NCBI GenBank assembly: GCA_040954595.2 | Contig: CM082588.2 | Location: 9,222,844-9,286,843 of the forward strand | Source of the DNA: Balanoglossus misakiensis | Lineage: Eukaryota; Animalia; Hemichordata | DNA length: 64,000 nucleotides | Direction of reading: 5' to 3' | Shown here: one piece after another, positions 50,354 to 62,781 of the stretch | Position numbering within the stretch: position 1 is the first letter of the stretch | How the letters are laid out: each line of letters begins with the position of its first letter | Made by a program: the position numbers and the translations under genes | Notes under the pieces: generated by a model | What the model saw: the letters and a program-made list of their open reading frames with translations, nothing else | Told to the model about the DNA's origin: nothing | Database searches by the model: none

Positions 50354-52509
50354 TTAACCCTTCTCTCGTTCGACCAGGGTTGTAGTGATTTGCAAGCTAC
50401 AGACTGTGACATTGCGTCAATAAAGCACATCACATATGCCATGCTGGTGGACAGGCTGAATAAAACTTTGATCAAAAACATTATTGAGATAGTTAAAAAT
50501 AACCCTTTATTGTTTCTTATTAAGCATTTTGTCAATGATAAACATTATCACAATAAAAAACTGTGAAGTAAATTGGATATGTTTTTGTCAGGAAAATAGA
50601 TTTGCATTTGTCACCATAACAGAGTCACAATGGCTGACAATACAGTGTACACTCCGACATGTTTTTGTTTTTGCGAATTGCATAGAATTGAAAAAAAATT
50701 GCATATTTCCCATGTCGTCTCATCTTCTATAGTAATGGGTGCTTTCAAATATTAAATTTGTTTAAAGTGATGAGTTCGAATTCCGTTTGTTTTATTTTTT
50801 TGGCGACACGAACAGCACCCAAACAATTCCTTTCAGAAAGGGAATTTCCGTGGGCCTTCGTAATACAAACGTGTCGTAAACACATTTGGCCATATTTACA
50901 AAAGCATATTCCCATCAGTTTGACCTGAACAAATATTTCAATTACAAAACAGCGTGTTCCTGCGCCAGTGGTACGCCAGTAAGGTATAAATTAAAATTAC
51001 GTAGGCCTAACTTATATACAAAATTAATGCAGTATTCACAGGTAATTTTACACTTGTAATATGCCATTGCGTTTGGGCTGAGTCATCACTATGACTAATA
51101 CCATGGACAATAGTACATTCGCCCTCATGATGACTGTGCAGCAAACACACCCTTGTACTAAACCATGTAACGTACATACCCTATCACAACCCTGTCATAG
51201 TAGTGCCTTTATCAGCAAAGACGCCGCTCAGTTGTAGATTCTGCTGTCAGAACACTGATAAAATGTTGTGAATAACGAGTGGTAAATGGTCTGAAATACC
51301 TTCAGTGCATGAAACAATGTATAATTATGTGTATCCACATGACACTCTCAACCACTTTGACGTGTCTAAACTCGGTGGGCGTACACGGACTTTTACCCTG
51401 TATGCGTATATATAAAAATGACTCATTTTATATATACACGTCCAAAATCCAAGATACACTATTTCCGTCCACCAGTGATTCGGTCAAGTCGTGTGCATTG
51501 ATACAGTCAAACATTGCAGTACACACACCTGGAAGCACAGCTCTGAAATTGTACCACTCAGGTATATATCTGACCGCTCCTTCGGCATTTTGCACCAGAG
51601 CCAGTTCCAGGCATGTCCCACAGCCTTTACTTTCTGTTCTTGCAGTGCATATATTCAAAATAACCGGTTTTACTCACTCCCAATTTTATATCTGGCATTT
51701 ATTACACTGGACATTTAGTTCTTCACGGGACTTTCGCAGTGTTTCCTAACCTTGAAACTTAGCTTAACTATAAAAAATCGGTTATATATTGAGTAAGCAG
51801 AGATTTAAAAAAAAACATATTTCTAAACATGCATGGTCATTGCAGACAAGTTTTCTCTTTTGCATAGTAGCCGGGTATGGTTACACCGAGCACTCTCAAA
51901 TGACAACAAATTAATTATTATATTTCTAACAAAATTATTAAGACAAGAATGCAATAGGCCTATTATTGCATAAAAGTTATGATAAACTGGTTATATTGCA
52001 TTTGCGAGTAAATGACTAAATCAGGCGATATTTTCCTAAGCCAACGAGATCATGCGAGATTTTTCGTGGGAACGTAGTTTTAAGGGAATTCTCATGTGGC
52101 ACAGGACAACCAACACGTGGCACTGAAGTTGAAATTTTTGTATAAACCCTGCACGTTTTTTTAGTTTCATACAAAGCTTGGCTTGTATTACTTAGCTGGC
52201 AGCCCGTTGATGCGGTAATTAAAATTAACCGAGTCTCGCGAGATCTTCAGAGGAAAATCATCAAGTGACATGCCAAGCTGTCACGCCCACCTGCATCTGA
52301 CTCACACGTAAAAACCAATGTAAAGTTGTCTCCTATGTCTCCTATGTGAATATTGTATCCATTGCCAGTACCACTGGGCCTAATTGTCCGATAGGAATTC
52401 ATAAAATATTGCAAGTGCAGCTTTCAAAAACGTTTTCAAGATTGGATCCCAACCTTGTACGCAGACGTAACCTTGACAACCATAATCCGCCAGGCCTACA
52501 CAATGCTTA

Positions 52510-53140
52510 TCATTCCATGAAATGAGAATTGTTTTCGCAATACATGTGTATGTTTGACAGGGCGCACCGTCTTCGACGATATCTAGGGCTGTTTTTATAC
52601 TGTAGAAGCTGATCGTTGAAATCTTCGTCGTCCGTGGGATCCTCCTCGCTTACTGCCGCAGAGTAGACTGATTTGAGTCTGTCCATTTCAGCTTCGTCTA
52701 AACTTTGCAACACATCGGGCACAGCATTTCTACGAAGGTTAAACCGTCCGGTCAATGTCGGTGTAAATCCTGACCTTGAACCCATTCTCCTTTCCTGGAC
52801 AATTCTAGTCGCCGACCGTGAACAATTTCACAACACCTGTGAAATAGCCTATACAGTCCGTTGTCAGCTGGCTGAAATAATCGACTCACAAAGAATTTTG
52901 CCGTCCTGTGCAAAGGGAAGTTTAAACAGATACGTCAATGTCCCGCCGTTTCGCTATCGTGATCCTTTGCAGGGCTTGTCCCTGTGTTGCCAGTTGTTGG
53001 ATTAAAACTTGTGCATCGACCAGATTGTCCGAGTTGTGGTCCAATTTGACTCAGCTGGTGTGAAATCAGTTTGTACATCAAGCGTGTATGACATTCGGGC
53101 GAAAGAACTGTACTCGTTGTGTGCACAAACGCGTGGTGTA
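52510..53140 (-). pseudogene. Possible decayed THAP-domain (transposase N-terminus) remnant
   Basis: In order on the - strand: PRVCAHNEYS, LFKLP, VCCE..FTVGD, then RFNLRRNAVPDV (AVPTIF-like box) and an acidic stretch. Frames are broken. Confidence 0.4.
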
Positions 53141-54769
53141 AACTCCAAGGAGACGCGGAAAGTGTAAGAGAATACGGAAAGTACTCCAGGCACAGCTATG
53201 TATGACAGTTACATACTTCATGCTTGTCAGCAACTGACGTCACCTCTGCTTTCATGACGTCAGGCTCTATTGTCAAAGATGTAGGTCACGCATGAAACTA
53301 GGTCCTTCGGTTCCTTTTGTCAGCCATTGTATAAAGTGGGTGCTGTTTCATACCTATAGGTCCAGGTCAATTTCTGATTGTCGCCTGGTATTTAAATATT
53401 GATTCAACTACAATAAAGTGGAAAATTGAAGGCGATTTATGCAACAGTGCGTGTTAAGATTTTTTGCACTTTCCCATTGTTAGCTATAGAGAAAGCAGAT
53501 ATGCTACGGTAGTTTACTGTGGTGTCAGGTGACTGAATGTTCACCGTCATCACATAATTTCAACTCAGCAATGCTGTGTTTCCACAACACTTGTACTGGA
53601 TGTCACGTCACAACAGGGCAAGGAGGAACAATGGCATGATGCCAACACGTATCTGGTCGAACGATATATGACTCATAAATGGGAAGGGCATCAAGAACTG
53701 ATGATTGATACATTATATGAGACTGTATTAAATCCAATGAATAATTAATTATATAACAATAGACTCAAGAGCAGTGGGTCGCCATTTTAGTTCAATTGCA
53801 GTGCTAAATATTGGAGTTGACGGACATCCTCACATACATACATAAATGTAAAGTAAGGGTAGCTGGAGAAACGATAGGTGGTGTAATCTCTACAACATTG
53901 TTTTGTGAATCTCTGGACTCACTCATCTGGAGACTAAACTAGCAAAAACGCAAAGGGGAAGACGTGGTTATATGCAGGTACACAGGTGGTGTGGAATGTA
54001 GGTTGGGGTGGGCATGCAAAATTATTAATAAAAAATAAAATTTGCTATCCAAAATTAAAATTTTGTTTTCAAAAATGAGAGTTGTGCAAAGTAAACATAG
54101 TTTTACTGTCAAAAAAAAGTCCATCAAAATTACAGCTGCCTCCACTAAAATTAAAGTTTGCATTTTGGGACAAAGATAATGTCTACAATAAAAGTTTAAC
54201 TTTCAAAAATAATAATTTACCCTTGCGTGTAAGGGCAACCATACCAATACCATAGTTTCCTTACACAAAAAATAAACCAGAAAACAAACACTAAACACAA
54301 TTGACACAGATCCATTACAGAATGGATTACACATACCTTCAATGAAAGAGGAAAATACACACACATTTCCACTATACAACAGTCAGCACGACCCAGAACA
54401 AAACAACAAGATACGACAACGCTTAGAAATTAATTATTGAGGTGTGGAGCCTCTTTCTCTTTAATTACATACACTTCGAGTGTGAATATATCTCGCAACC
54501 CAGGCAGTTATGACAGTTGCTTCTTGTACAAGTGAAGGATATATCAATGATTATCATGGAAATTCTCAGATGAGAACACATTTTGACAATTTTTCCAATA
54601 TTTAAATTCACAAAGACTGGTTGGCAACTCAGGAAATATTCAATTCAGTTTCTAGAATAATTGTCTATTTTTTCTTTTTCAAAATAAATACATGTACATA
54701 CAATTTTCAATGTAGGAAAAGAATCTTCTGACAATAACACAGTACGAGCAAGTCAAATATGGAGGATGT

Positions 54770-54960
54770 GCATTTTCTTCTGCTGCTCCAAAGCTCTCTG
54801 CCTAATGACATTCAACTAGCACCCAGTCTAGACTCTTTCAAGAGAAAACTGAAAACGTATTTGTTTGAAAAAAGCCTACGATGTGTGAACAACCATCAGG
54901 CGCCACTGAACAGAACTTCCGGATTTTGGTGCCAAATTTGTTGTTTGATTGTTTAATTGA
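54770..54960 (+). mobile_element. 3' remnant of an L2/CR1-clade LINE
   Basis: Translates, with one frameshift, to AAPKL/LPNDIQLAPSLDSFKRKLKTYLF, the typical ORF2 C-terminus. It is followed by an ggcgcca...tggtgcc stem and a short TTG-rich tail. Confidence 0.7.
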
Positions 54961-56423
54961 ACTTTTCCAAAGTAGTCTTAATTACAGTAGCTTGACGGAG
55001 AGGTTCATGTGATTATTTCATTTGAGATCTGCCCCCCCCCCAAACAACAACAACAACAACCAACCAAACAAACAAACTACTTTTCCCCATTCATATTCCC
55101 TTTTCATTGCCCATTCAAGGGACAACAAGCCAATAACAAAAAAAAATCCCTACACTCTGTTACCCATATTTGAACAGTTGAGTGTATAGCAACTTTGAAT
55201 TCCTGTTGTACTTTGAACACTTTTCTTTGTCTTCAAAATATTGTACCACAAAACCAGATGATTGGAAGTCCACCAAATTTGTACAAATCATTCCAAGCAT
55301 TGTGTTCTCAAAACCTGTCTGTCAGGAACTTTCTCCCTTTCTTAGAATTTTAACTATGACAATTTAAACAAACTAGTTGATGAGAAAATGAATTTTGAAT
55401 AATTATTGTGATAACGATAAAGTGACTTTAAAAAATCTGAGATGCGGTTTATCTACAAATTATACATGTTTCAAAATGTTTTAAAAAATTGCCATCACTT
55501 ATGTGGGTACGCTGTTTCAAGCACATTGCCTACAAATTTTTGGACACAGAAAATTTGCCTTGATGTATAGGTCACTGCTGTAAAGATATTGTTCGATCAA
55601 GAAATTTGCGATTGCAATTGTCTCGTTCCATAAGATTACATTCAGATTGCTAGAAAACTTAATGCTATTGTCATTTTCATAAAATTCTACATATAGCTCA
55701 GTCAAGTAAAAAATAAACTCATTGATCAGATAATATCTTATGGTCACCATGCTGTATTTGAGATAAAGTTTATAATGTTCTGCCACTAGCAGACAAACCA
55801 TTGGTGATAAAAATGCTGACTCAGCAGTTTTCGTCTATTATCAACTAAATTTATAGCCTTGTATTTCAAAAACAAGCGCGGTGACCCCTATATTTTATCA
55901 CAGATTTGTGTAATACATGTAATGTATGTTACTATGAACGCCTTGTATATTACTCTCTGTAATACTGCCCTCTATGTTGACTTATGGTAATAAAGTGAGC
56001 TGCCATGTTTTGGCACTCATGTTGGACAGTCCAATACATCACAATACATACAAAGGAGAATCTAAAATCCACAATTATAATAAAATGACAATAATTTAAA
56101 TTTCAACTGACTACATGTACCGTAAAAAAAATTTTTCTGCATCATTTAAGTACACAAATAAACACAAGCTACCCTCACTGTGTTCACAATAGTACATACA
56201 TGTTTGCAAATAAAACTAAATGTATACATAAACACTGAAATGCTCACTTCATTTAAATGTTGTACATACATGTCTATGATAGCAAGAAAGCAGCACAGAA
56301 TAAAATTTGACTGAAAGATTTTCAGTCATACATAAAAAAACCCACATGAGTTTGCTTTATATGGAAAATTCAACTAATCAAAGATGTGTGTAAAAGTAGT
56401 TGTAACAAAATCATTTTAACATT

Positions 56424-56633
56424 CAGTGTTTTATCCAGGATGGCATCAACAGGGGGGGGGGGGGTATGTCCCTCTTTGCAAGAATATTTGGCAGGGGGGA
56501 TTCCACTCTGGCAAGGGGGGAATGTATTGTAACATCACTGTAACAGGCCCCCCTTGACAAGTTGTTAGGGGGTGTCAACATGCCAACAGTGGGTGAATCC
56601 CCCCCCCCCCCCCCGAATCTAGAGGAAACACTG
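56424..56633. mobile_element. 210-bp TIR element with an apparent 6-bp TSD
   Basis: cagtgttttatccagga / tctagaggaaacactg imperfect TIR, AACATT directly repeated on both sides, poly-G and poly-C subterminal tracts. Confidence 0.65.
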
Positions 56634-57220
56634 AACATTGTAAGACCCTGAACTTATGTACACATTCCATGATGTAACCCATGCAGACAACATTTTGTAA
56701 ATGCCCCAAGCTTAAAAAAAGGTAGAAATTGTTTGGCAGTTGAGTTGAAAGACATGCTGGCTAGCTTGACTACAGCAAACTTTAAAATCATGTGGCCTAA
56801 CAGTGATGATATTTTGAGTTAATTATGTGTGTGTCAGTTTTGTGTGTAGACTTCACAGCTGTCAAATGATACATTTACTGAGGGGTCTGAATAAAAGTAT
56901 TTTCACTGCTGAAAGGTGTTCATCATTTCATTGTATAAACCAAACTGTACGATCCGATTAATATATCGGTTTATGGCACATTGCCAGTGACACTGAGTAC
57001 ATGATTAAAATTTGTTTAAATTTCATTCATTCATTCATTCACAGACTGGAGTGAAAAAAGTATCCAGCCTGCCTTTCCCGTAATAAGTCGGGTAAGCGAC
57101 CCCAACCGGGCAAACACCTACCATAAAATTCTCCTGAACTTTAATGTTGAGGTCATATTCTCAATGCCCCCCCCCCCCCCCCCCCCCACCCAAAACACGA
57201 TCTGTTTACACTTATAACTA

Positions 57221-57827
57221 CCGTAGTTTGCCGGGTAAGAGCCCCGGGTGCTGGGCCAACAGATTAGCGAAAAAACAGGGGGGGGCTTTAGCCCGGATAT
57301 GGCCTCGAGATTTATGCAAATGAGGGATGGCCACCTCGACTTTTATGCAAATTTTTGAGTGGTTCATTCTCCGAGTCCAAGTCGGGATCTTCCAATGTTG
57401 GGTGTTTCGCGTCGAGGACGGACTGAAGCAGCTCCACGCGGCCGCTTTGGAAAGCTCCCCGGTGACCTCACACGCGGCAGCGCGTCCATCTACGTGATCG
57501 TTGAATTCGACGCACGGTCCCGAGGGACCTGTCTGAGGTCATGTTTTCTAGAGCGGCTATATATAACTCAGCGTGGCCAGTCGGCCGCGGTGGGTACGAT
57601 AATCAGCGCGAAAGTAAATCATCATACATTTTTTTTTTCACTTTTAGTGACTTTGGGGATGAAAATCCGCCTTTTTTGCATTGCACTTTATTAAATTTCC
57701 AAGAATTTAATGGATATTCGGCCGGGGGGGGGGGCTTTAGACCGGATATGGCCTCGATCTACAAATGGGCCCTAAAACCAGGGGGGGGCGTTTGTCCGAG
57801 CAGGGGCTCTTACCCGGCAAACTACGG
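57221..57827. mobile_element. Tc1/mariner (pogo/Tigger-like) non-autonomous element
   Basis: TA|ccgtagtttgccgggtaagagcccc ... ggggctcttacccggcaaactacgg|TA; 25-bp perfect TIR. Confidence 0.85.
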
Positions 57828-58057
57828 TATAGGTAAAAATTTGATGAAGAAAACCATGACCAAGTGTTTTGTTCTTGAGCTTTTTGTCACTGTGCCTCAG
57901 CTCAAACAGACAGACAGGGTAATGACCTTTTCTGACTTCAAACCAGACGTGAATAGTTGATTAGGGAAGAGGTCATTTTATAACAGGTGTTGTATTTTCC
58001 TCTCATATATGGAGAAGGTCAACATTTCACTATACTCTCTGTTTACTTCCGTCTCTC

Positions 58058-59287
58058 TTAGGTTTCTGAGAATATCAGAACACGATAACGCTCCACAATA
58101 ATTATTTTGTCTGGAATGCCATTAGGTATGCATAAATTGATTGGGGCAGATAGACTAGTTATTTCACTTGATAAGTTGCCTTTCTTGTCATATTTGAGCA
58201 TCTTTCCTGTGCCACAATCACAGACATAAATGTTATCCTCCCTGTCTGTGGTAACACCGAGTGGAAGGGAGAGATTGCTGTCATCATTGCCACCACAGCC
58301 AAACTGATACAGATATCCACCATGTGCATTCAACACCTGAATTCGATGGTTACCATAGTCAGACACTATCAAGTTGCCTTCAGAATCTATAGCTGCGTTA
58401 TTGACATGTTTGAACTCACCAGGACCGCTGCCGTATTTGCCAATGGTTATGAGGTGTGCATGTGGTGGTGTCACAGAAAACACCTTGATGCAATGCCTCA
58501 ATCCATCCACAACAAACAACACTTTCTGATCAAGCCCCAGGAAGACCCCACAAGGATCACCAAACTGGCCCTCTCCAAATGTATACAACAAGTCACCAAA
58601 ACGATTGGTCACCACAATCTGGTTGTTGCCCCCAACACCACATCTACCAGTGGTATAATCATAAATACCACCATCAGTAACAAAATAGATATCCTTACTA
58701 GACACAGCTATATTTGACGGGCAAAATGGTTTCTTTCCAGAAAACGTGAATTTCAAATATCTCTTGAAATTCAGGTGTTCATCATAAACATGAATCCTGT
58801 GATTTCTCATATCAGTAACAAGAATATCTCCTTGGGAATTGACACAGGCTGACCATATATTACTAAACTGACAATTCCCATTGCCTTTCTCACCTATTGC
58901 TTTAGATAGGTGCCACTTTGGTTTGACATTGATTGTGTAAGGGCTACCTTTGACATGCTTACCCACTAGAGTAACTGATAACTGATAGCTGCCAGCTTTG
59001 GTGAAGTGAATGCGCAAACTGCCAATGACATTGTCTGCATGGTCGTCATTGTGGGCTAAGATGTGTACATGTTCAGGTGTTACACTACCAGGTTGTATGA
59101 TCTCTGCCTTGAGACTGCTGGTGCTACTAGAAACCTTAAAGTCGCCTTGGAGAAGTATTTCTGCGCGATCATTCACTTTGATGCCTTCAGGGATAGAAGC
59201 GTGTATATTGTCGTGGAGGCCCAGCATTCCCAGGGTTCCTGAGACTTCCAGACGTCCTTTAGAAAAACCTGGAAGTTTGTGTGCACC
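58058..59287 (-). CDS. TRIM-NHL gene exon 2: filamin-type Ig domain plus NHL repeats
   Basis: Acceptor tttccacag|ggt (phase 0). AGSYQLSVTLVGKHVKGSPY (filamin); GEKGNGNCQF...ILVTDMRNHRIHVYD, GSGPGEF...LIVSDYGNHRIQV, LSLPLGVTTD..DNIYVCD (NHL). Spliced product 749 aa. Confidence 0.92.
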   Translation of the reverse strand, partial: GAHKLPGFSKGRLEVSGTLGMLGLHDNIHASIPEGIKVNDRAEILLQGDFKVSSSTSSLKAEIIQPGSVTPEHVHILAHNDDHADNVIGSLRIHFTKAGSYQLSVTLVGKHVKGSPYTINVKPKWHLSKAIGEKGNGNCQFSNIWSACVNSQGDILVTDMRNHRIHVYDEHLNFKRYLKFTFSGKKPFCPSNIAVSSKDIYFVTDGGIYDYTTGRCGVGGNNQIVVTNRFGDLLYTFGEGQFGDPCGVFLGLDQKVLFVVDGLRHCIKVFSVTPPHAHLITIGKYGSGPGEFKHVNNAAIDSEGNLIVSDYGNHRIQVLNAHGGYLYQFGCGGNDDSNLSLPLGVTTDREDNIYVCDCGTGKMLKYDKKGNLSSEITSLSAPINLCIPNGIPDKIIIVERYRVLIFSET

Positions 59288-59699
59288 CTGTGGAAAAATA
59301 ACCAACATACAATATAACTATAATTTTACTACCCGTGAGATTATTACCTCATGGGAAATTATCATGAAATTTATTTTCAAACTGTACTTATATTAGGCCA
59401 ACTGTATTTATGCACTGTAGCATATGCAAGTATTAACATAAATGGTGTCTTGTATCAAACATAAATGATCAAAAAAGGGCACCGAGAGATAGACTTTGAG
59501 TGCATATGCAAACCTTTAACCAGCAATGTGTGTGTTTGGCTCTGCTGCGCTTATATGGCTGCACATGTGAGTTGTTTGCTCCCAACTTAGGAAACGAAGT
59601 CCAATTTAATGTTTGAAATGACCCGGGGAGTAACTGCTAAAGGCTTTAGCAGGGATGTATATGCCATACAAAATCATCATTATTATTATGTACATGTAC

Positions 59700-60719
59700 C
59701 TGTAATGGTTGGGTAGCCAGTGCTATCATCTCATCCAAATTGTTTGTTGTGTCGATCGCAGTTGATACCAGCTGTGTATCATTGCTGTAGCGGACCAGAC
59801 CTTGTAAGAAGAGACTCGTTGTTTCAATATTCTCTCTCATTTTTGTAAGCATCACCTTTTCATTCTCAACACTTGCTTTATTTTGCAGGTAGCTCGTCTG
59901 AAGGTCACTCAGAATTCTTGCCTCTTCTTCCCTGATCTTGCGAGAAACAGTCTCTTTTGCAGCGTGGGCATGTGTCTTGATGATGTTCATTTCTCGTTCA
60001 TATGCTTCATCAAGTTCATTTGTAACGCCGTTTTCATGAGCAAAGAACTGGAACATTTCTGTCTTTTTCTGTTCCAGTTCCTCCAATTTCACGGAGAGCG
60101 AGCGTCGTACATCGCCAGCCGCCTCCTTCAAGTCTCGACGTTCGTGAGCAGAATGCTTCAAGACAGTACAAGCAATGCAAACACTGGACTCGCAGGTATC
60201 GCAGAAGAACTCCACCTTTTTATCCGGGTGATCAGCACAATTTACGCTCGGCTGGGTATTGGCTACGTTGTTTCGCTTTGCCTGTTCGTATTCGTCGAGT
60301 GACATGATACGGTGTTGGCGAGTGGCTGGAAACTTGGTGTGGGCGTTTGTGCAGATTTTACAAACATAAAGGGAGCACTCTACACACCTGTTGATCGGCG
60401 TACCTTCTTGGCAGACATTGCACTCGATAGTTTGTTGTTGCGTCTGGGTCTCGATAATTTCGATGATGCCATTAACGAGAATACTCGCCGGTAGTTTCCC
60501 TACGCCCTCGCTTGGGATTGGACACGGGTGACGACATGTTGGACATTGCACAACTCGTTGATCTTTCACAAGCGCGACCAGACATTCCTCACAAAATGAA
60601 TGGTGACATGGGAGAATTTTCGCTTTCTTGTAACGCTCCAAACAAATAACACAGGTCAAGAAATGTTCGTCGATTTTGTCAATGATAGGTACTCTTTGTG
60701 AAACTGAGGAATCAGCCAT
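59700..60719 (-). CDS. TRIM-NHL E3 ubiquitin ligase (TRIM2/3/71-like), exon 1: RING, B-box1, B-box2, coiled coil
   Basis: Starts MADSSVSQ at 60719. CVICLERYKKAKILPCHHSFCEECL...CPTCR (RING); CNVC...CVEC...C..C...H (B-box1); CADH...FFCDTCESSVCIAC...H..H (B-box2). Donor CAG|gtacat at 59700. Confidence 0.92.
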
Positions 60720-60923
60720 GGTCCCCCCGTCTGAAGAAGAAATCGGTAAACTACCCCGGCGACGTCGGTGCCAGAATATCGAATCGATCGAGTACTTTTC
60801 AAAAGAACGCCCTCGTTTGACCCCGGCGTCCAAAGTCACGTGCATGTCACGTGAGACATGCCACTTGACATGCCATGTTTTTTCAGCAAGCTAAAGGGCT
60901 CTAAAAGAGGCGCCACAAACAAA
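60720..60923. promoter_or_regulatory. Compact bidirectional promoter region between TRIM-NHL and IRAK1BP1
   Basis: 204 bp between divergent ATGs, CpG-rich. Two GTCACGTG E-boxes (60835-60842, 60846-60853) and a YY1-type AAAATGGCG overlapping the IRAK1BP1 ATG. Confidence 0.7.
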
Positions 60924-61205
60924 ATGGCGTCCACATACCGACCTGCACAGGTATTCGCCTCGTTTACAACGTCTCCGCCTAAATACAAACCAAATAAAGC
61001 GATCGAATCCGAGGAAAAGCCGAAGAAGCAACAGACAGAACGAGAGATTCAAGTGTCAGCTACAGGGGAAGCCTTTTTAGCACCGGACAGAGCTAAGGTG
61101 ACAGTGTCAGTGACCAGTACGAAAGAGAATGTCGCCGACGCTAAGAACAGTGTGACGCGTCGACTCGATTACATTCTGCAGAGTCTTCACACGCATGGTG
61201 TAAAA
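60924..61205 (+). CDS. IRAK1BP1: Interleukin-1 receptor-associated kinase 1-binding protein 1 (SIMPL domain), exon 1
   Basis: MASTYRPAQVFASF...REIQVSATGEAFLAPDRAKVTVSVTSTKENVADAKNSVTRRLDYILQSL matches the SIMPL/IRAK1BP1 N-terminal motif. Donor aaa|gtaagt. Confidence 0.88.
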
Positions 61206-61261
61206 GTAAGTGGAATGTTCTACTACAAGCCACATCAGCGTTGTTTATACAGGGTTGGACA

Positions 61262-61424
61262 TTGCTGCAGCTTTGTAGCCCTATGGCTTCCCTTGACGTT
61301 TTTTGTTTTGGTCGGGGAGATCCGAGACATTCGGTCGAACGAAATTTTACACTCCAGTCCACAATTTTCCCGACCAATAAAAAAAATCGTCAAGGGGAGC
61401 CGTAGGGCTACAAAACTGCAGCAA
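61262..61424. mobile_element. Hairpin MITE-like element in IRAK1BP1 intron 1
   Basis: About 55-bp imperfect inverted repeat ttgctgcagctttgtagccctatggcttcccttgacg... / ...cgtcaaggggagccgtagggctacaaaactgcagcaa; TSD unclear. Confidence 0.7.
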
Positions 61425-61709
61425 GGTAACAAGGTTAGATACAGAGATCAAAGGCTGAAAGCAGTCACATGACTTCAAGTTCAAATCACCCAGTGATCGC
61501 GAAGCCCTGCCAGCAAATATTTTCCAGTATCGGCAAAAATATTTTCATAATTAAGCAAGCAGTATTTTCCAGTTGCAACTGGGAAACGCAAACGATTTTC
61601 ACTCTCCTTGTGCACAGATAAGATTAAACATTCGAAGGAAGATTAAATGACTTTATGAACATGTGTGTAGGTACCTAAAAATGAAGCGAGTCAAAGACAG
61701 TGGAGGGAA

Positions 61710-61796
61710 TAGCTGCAGTTCAGTATCTCAAGGTCTTGCCGTCTACCACACAAACCTGGGCATAACATGTAACGTCGAGCTACTGAACTGCAGCTA
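61710..61796. repeat. 87-bp inverted-repeat mini-element
   Basis: tagctgcagttcagta ... tactgaactgcagcta, a 16-bp perfect inverted repeat. Confidence 0.6.
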
Positions 61797-62220
61797 TGTG
61801 TATCTATAGAGAGGGTTCTGGGAAATGCATGAATGCACATATATTGTAGTTACAGTTTAGAATGTATACCTGGCACACAATGTTACTTTGTACCATGTTG
61901 TGCATACAGTAACTGTATCAAGCTAAGAAAGGTTGGCATAGCAACCAGTCTACTTTCCTGCCATTAGTGTTATATAAAGATTTCTCTTATTGCTGGCTAT
62001 CCACAAATTTTGATCTGTTAGTTTTCCGCACACATAGTTACAGAGCATTATTAAGCATAGTGGCCACTACTCTAGTCTTTAACAGTAGAACTAATTAACA
62101 TAACAAATTAGCTGCTACTCTGTAAGAAATTTCTGGGGAGAACGCTGGTTACATGTATATGTATTACTAAGTGATGCATACATTACACTGAAGTATGTAT
62201 TTCTTTCTCCACTATACTAG

Positions 62221-62417
62221 GAAGGTGACTTAGATATTTATAAAAATATCCAACGAGTTGACGGCCTATATGAGATGAAAGCTGAAGTCACTGTACTGTT
62301 TGTTGATTTCAACAAATGCCAAGCAACTTCCAACTTTCTTGTGGAAAAGTTAGACAACACAGTGACTGTATCACAACCACAGTTATTTCATAGTCACCAA
62401 CGGCTAGAAATGCTCAG
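62221..62417 (+). CDS. IRAK1BP1: IRAK1BP1 exon 2 (gene continues beyond the window)
   Basis: tactag|EGDLDIYKNIQRVDGLYEMKAEVTVLFVDFNKCQATSNFLVEKLDNTVTVSQPQLFHSHQRLEML|gtaaga. The NFLVEKLD motif is characteristic of the family. Confidence 0.88.
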
Positions 62418-62781
62418 GTAAGAAACGTCAAAATTTTCAAATTTTGTACTTGCAAGCATTTGTTACAGTTAAAGTGCGTTGGGCCCAGAGACAAACACTA
62501 TTTGTGGGTGAGAAATAGTATCAGAGCTTCAAATAAACAGTATCAGGAAGAACACTGGGTAAAAATGTGCCCTCTATAAAGCCTATATGACGCGTCACTG
62601 ACTCCACAAACTCACTGGTGACTCAAGAAAATTATCCACTATACCTGTAAAGGTTTGGGGCTGATTCAGAGAGGTTTTTAGAACTCCTCAAATTGACTCA
62701 ACACTTTTAAAAAGTATGTTTTGTTAGAGGGCACACTAATAAATATATCAAAGTGGATTTTAAAGCAATTTTTGTGTTTAA

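Noticed and set aside
57359-57960. ORFs of 111 and 139 aa within the TA-flanked element
   Set aside because: No transposase motifs; the element is too short to be autonomous.
60720-60923. Upstream extensions of the TRIM (from 60845) and IRAK1BP1 (from 60858) ORFs
   Set aside because: They run through the shared promoter region and look non-conserved. The ATGs at 60719 and 60924 have better context and sit at the expected family N-termini.
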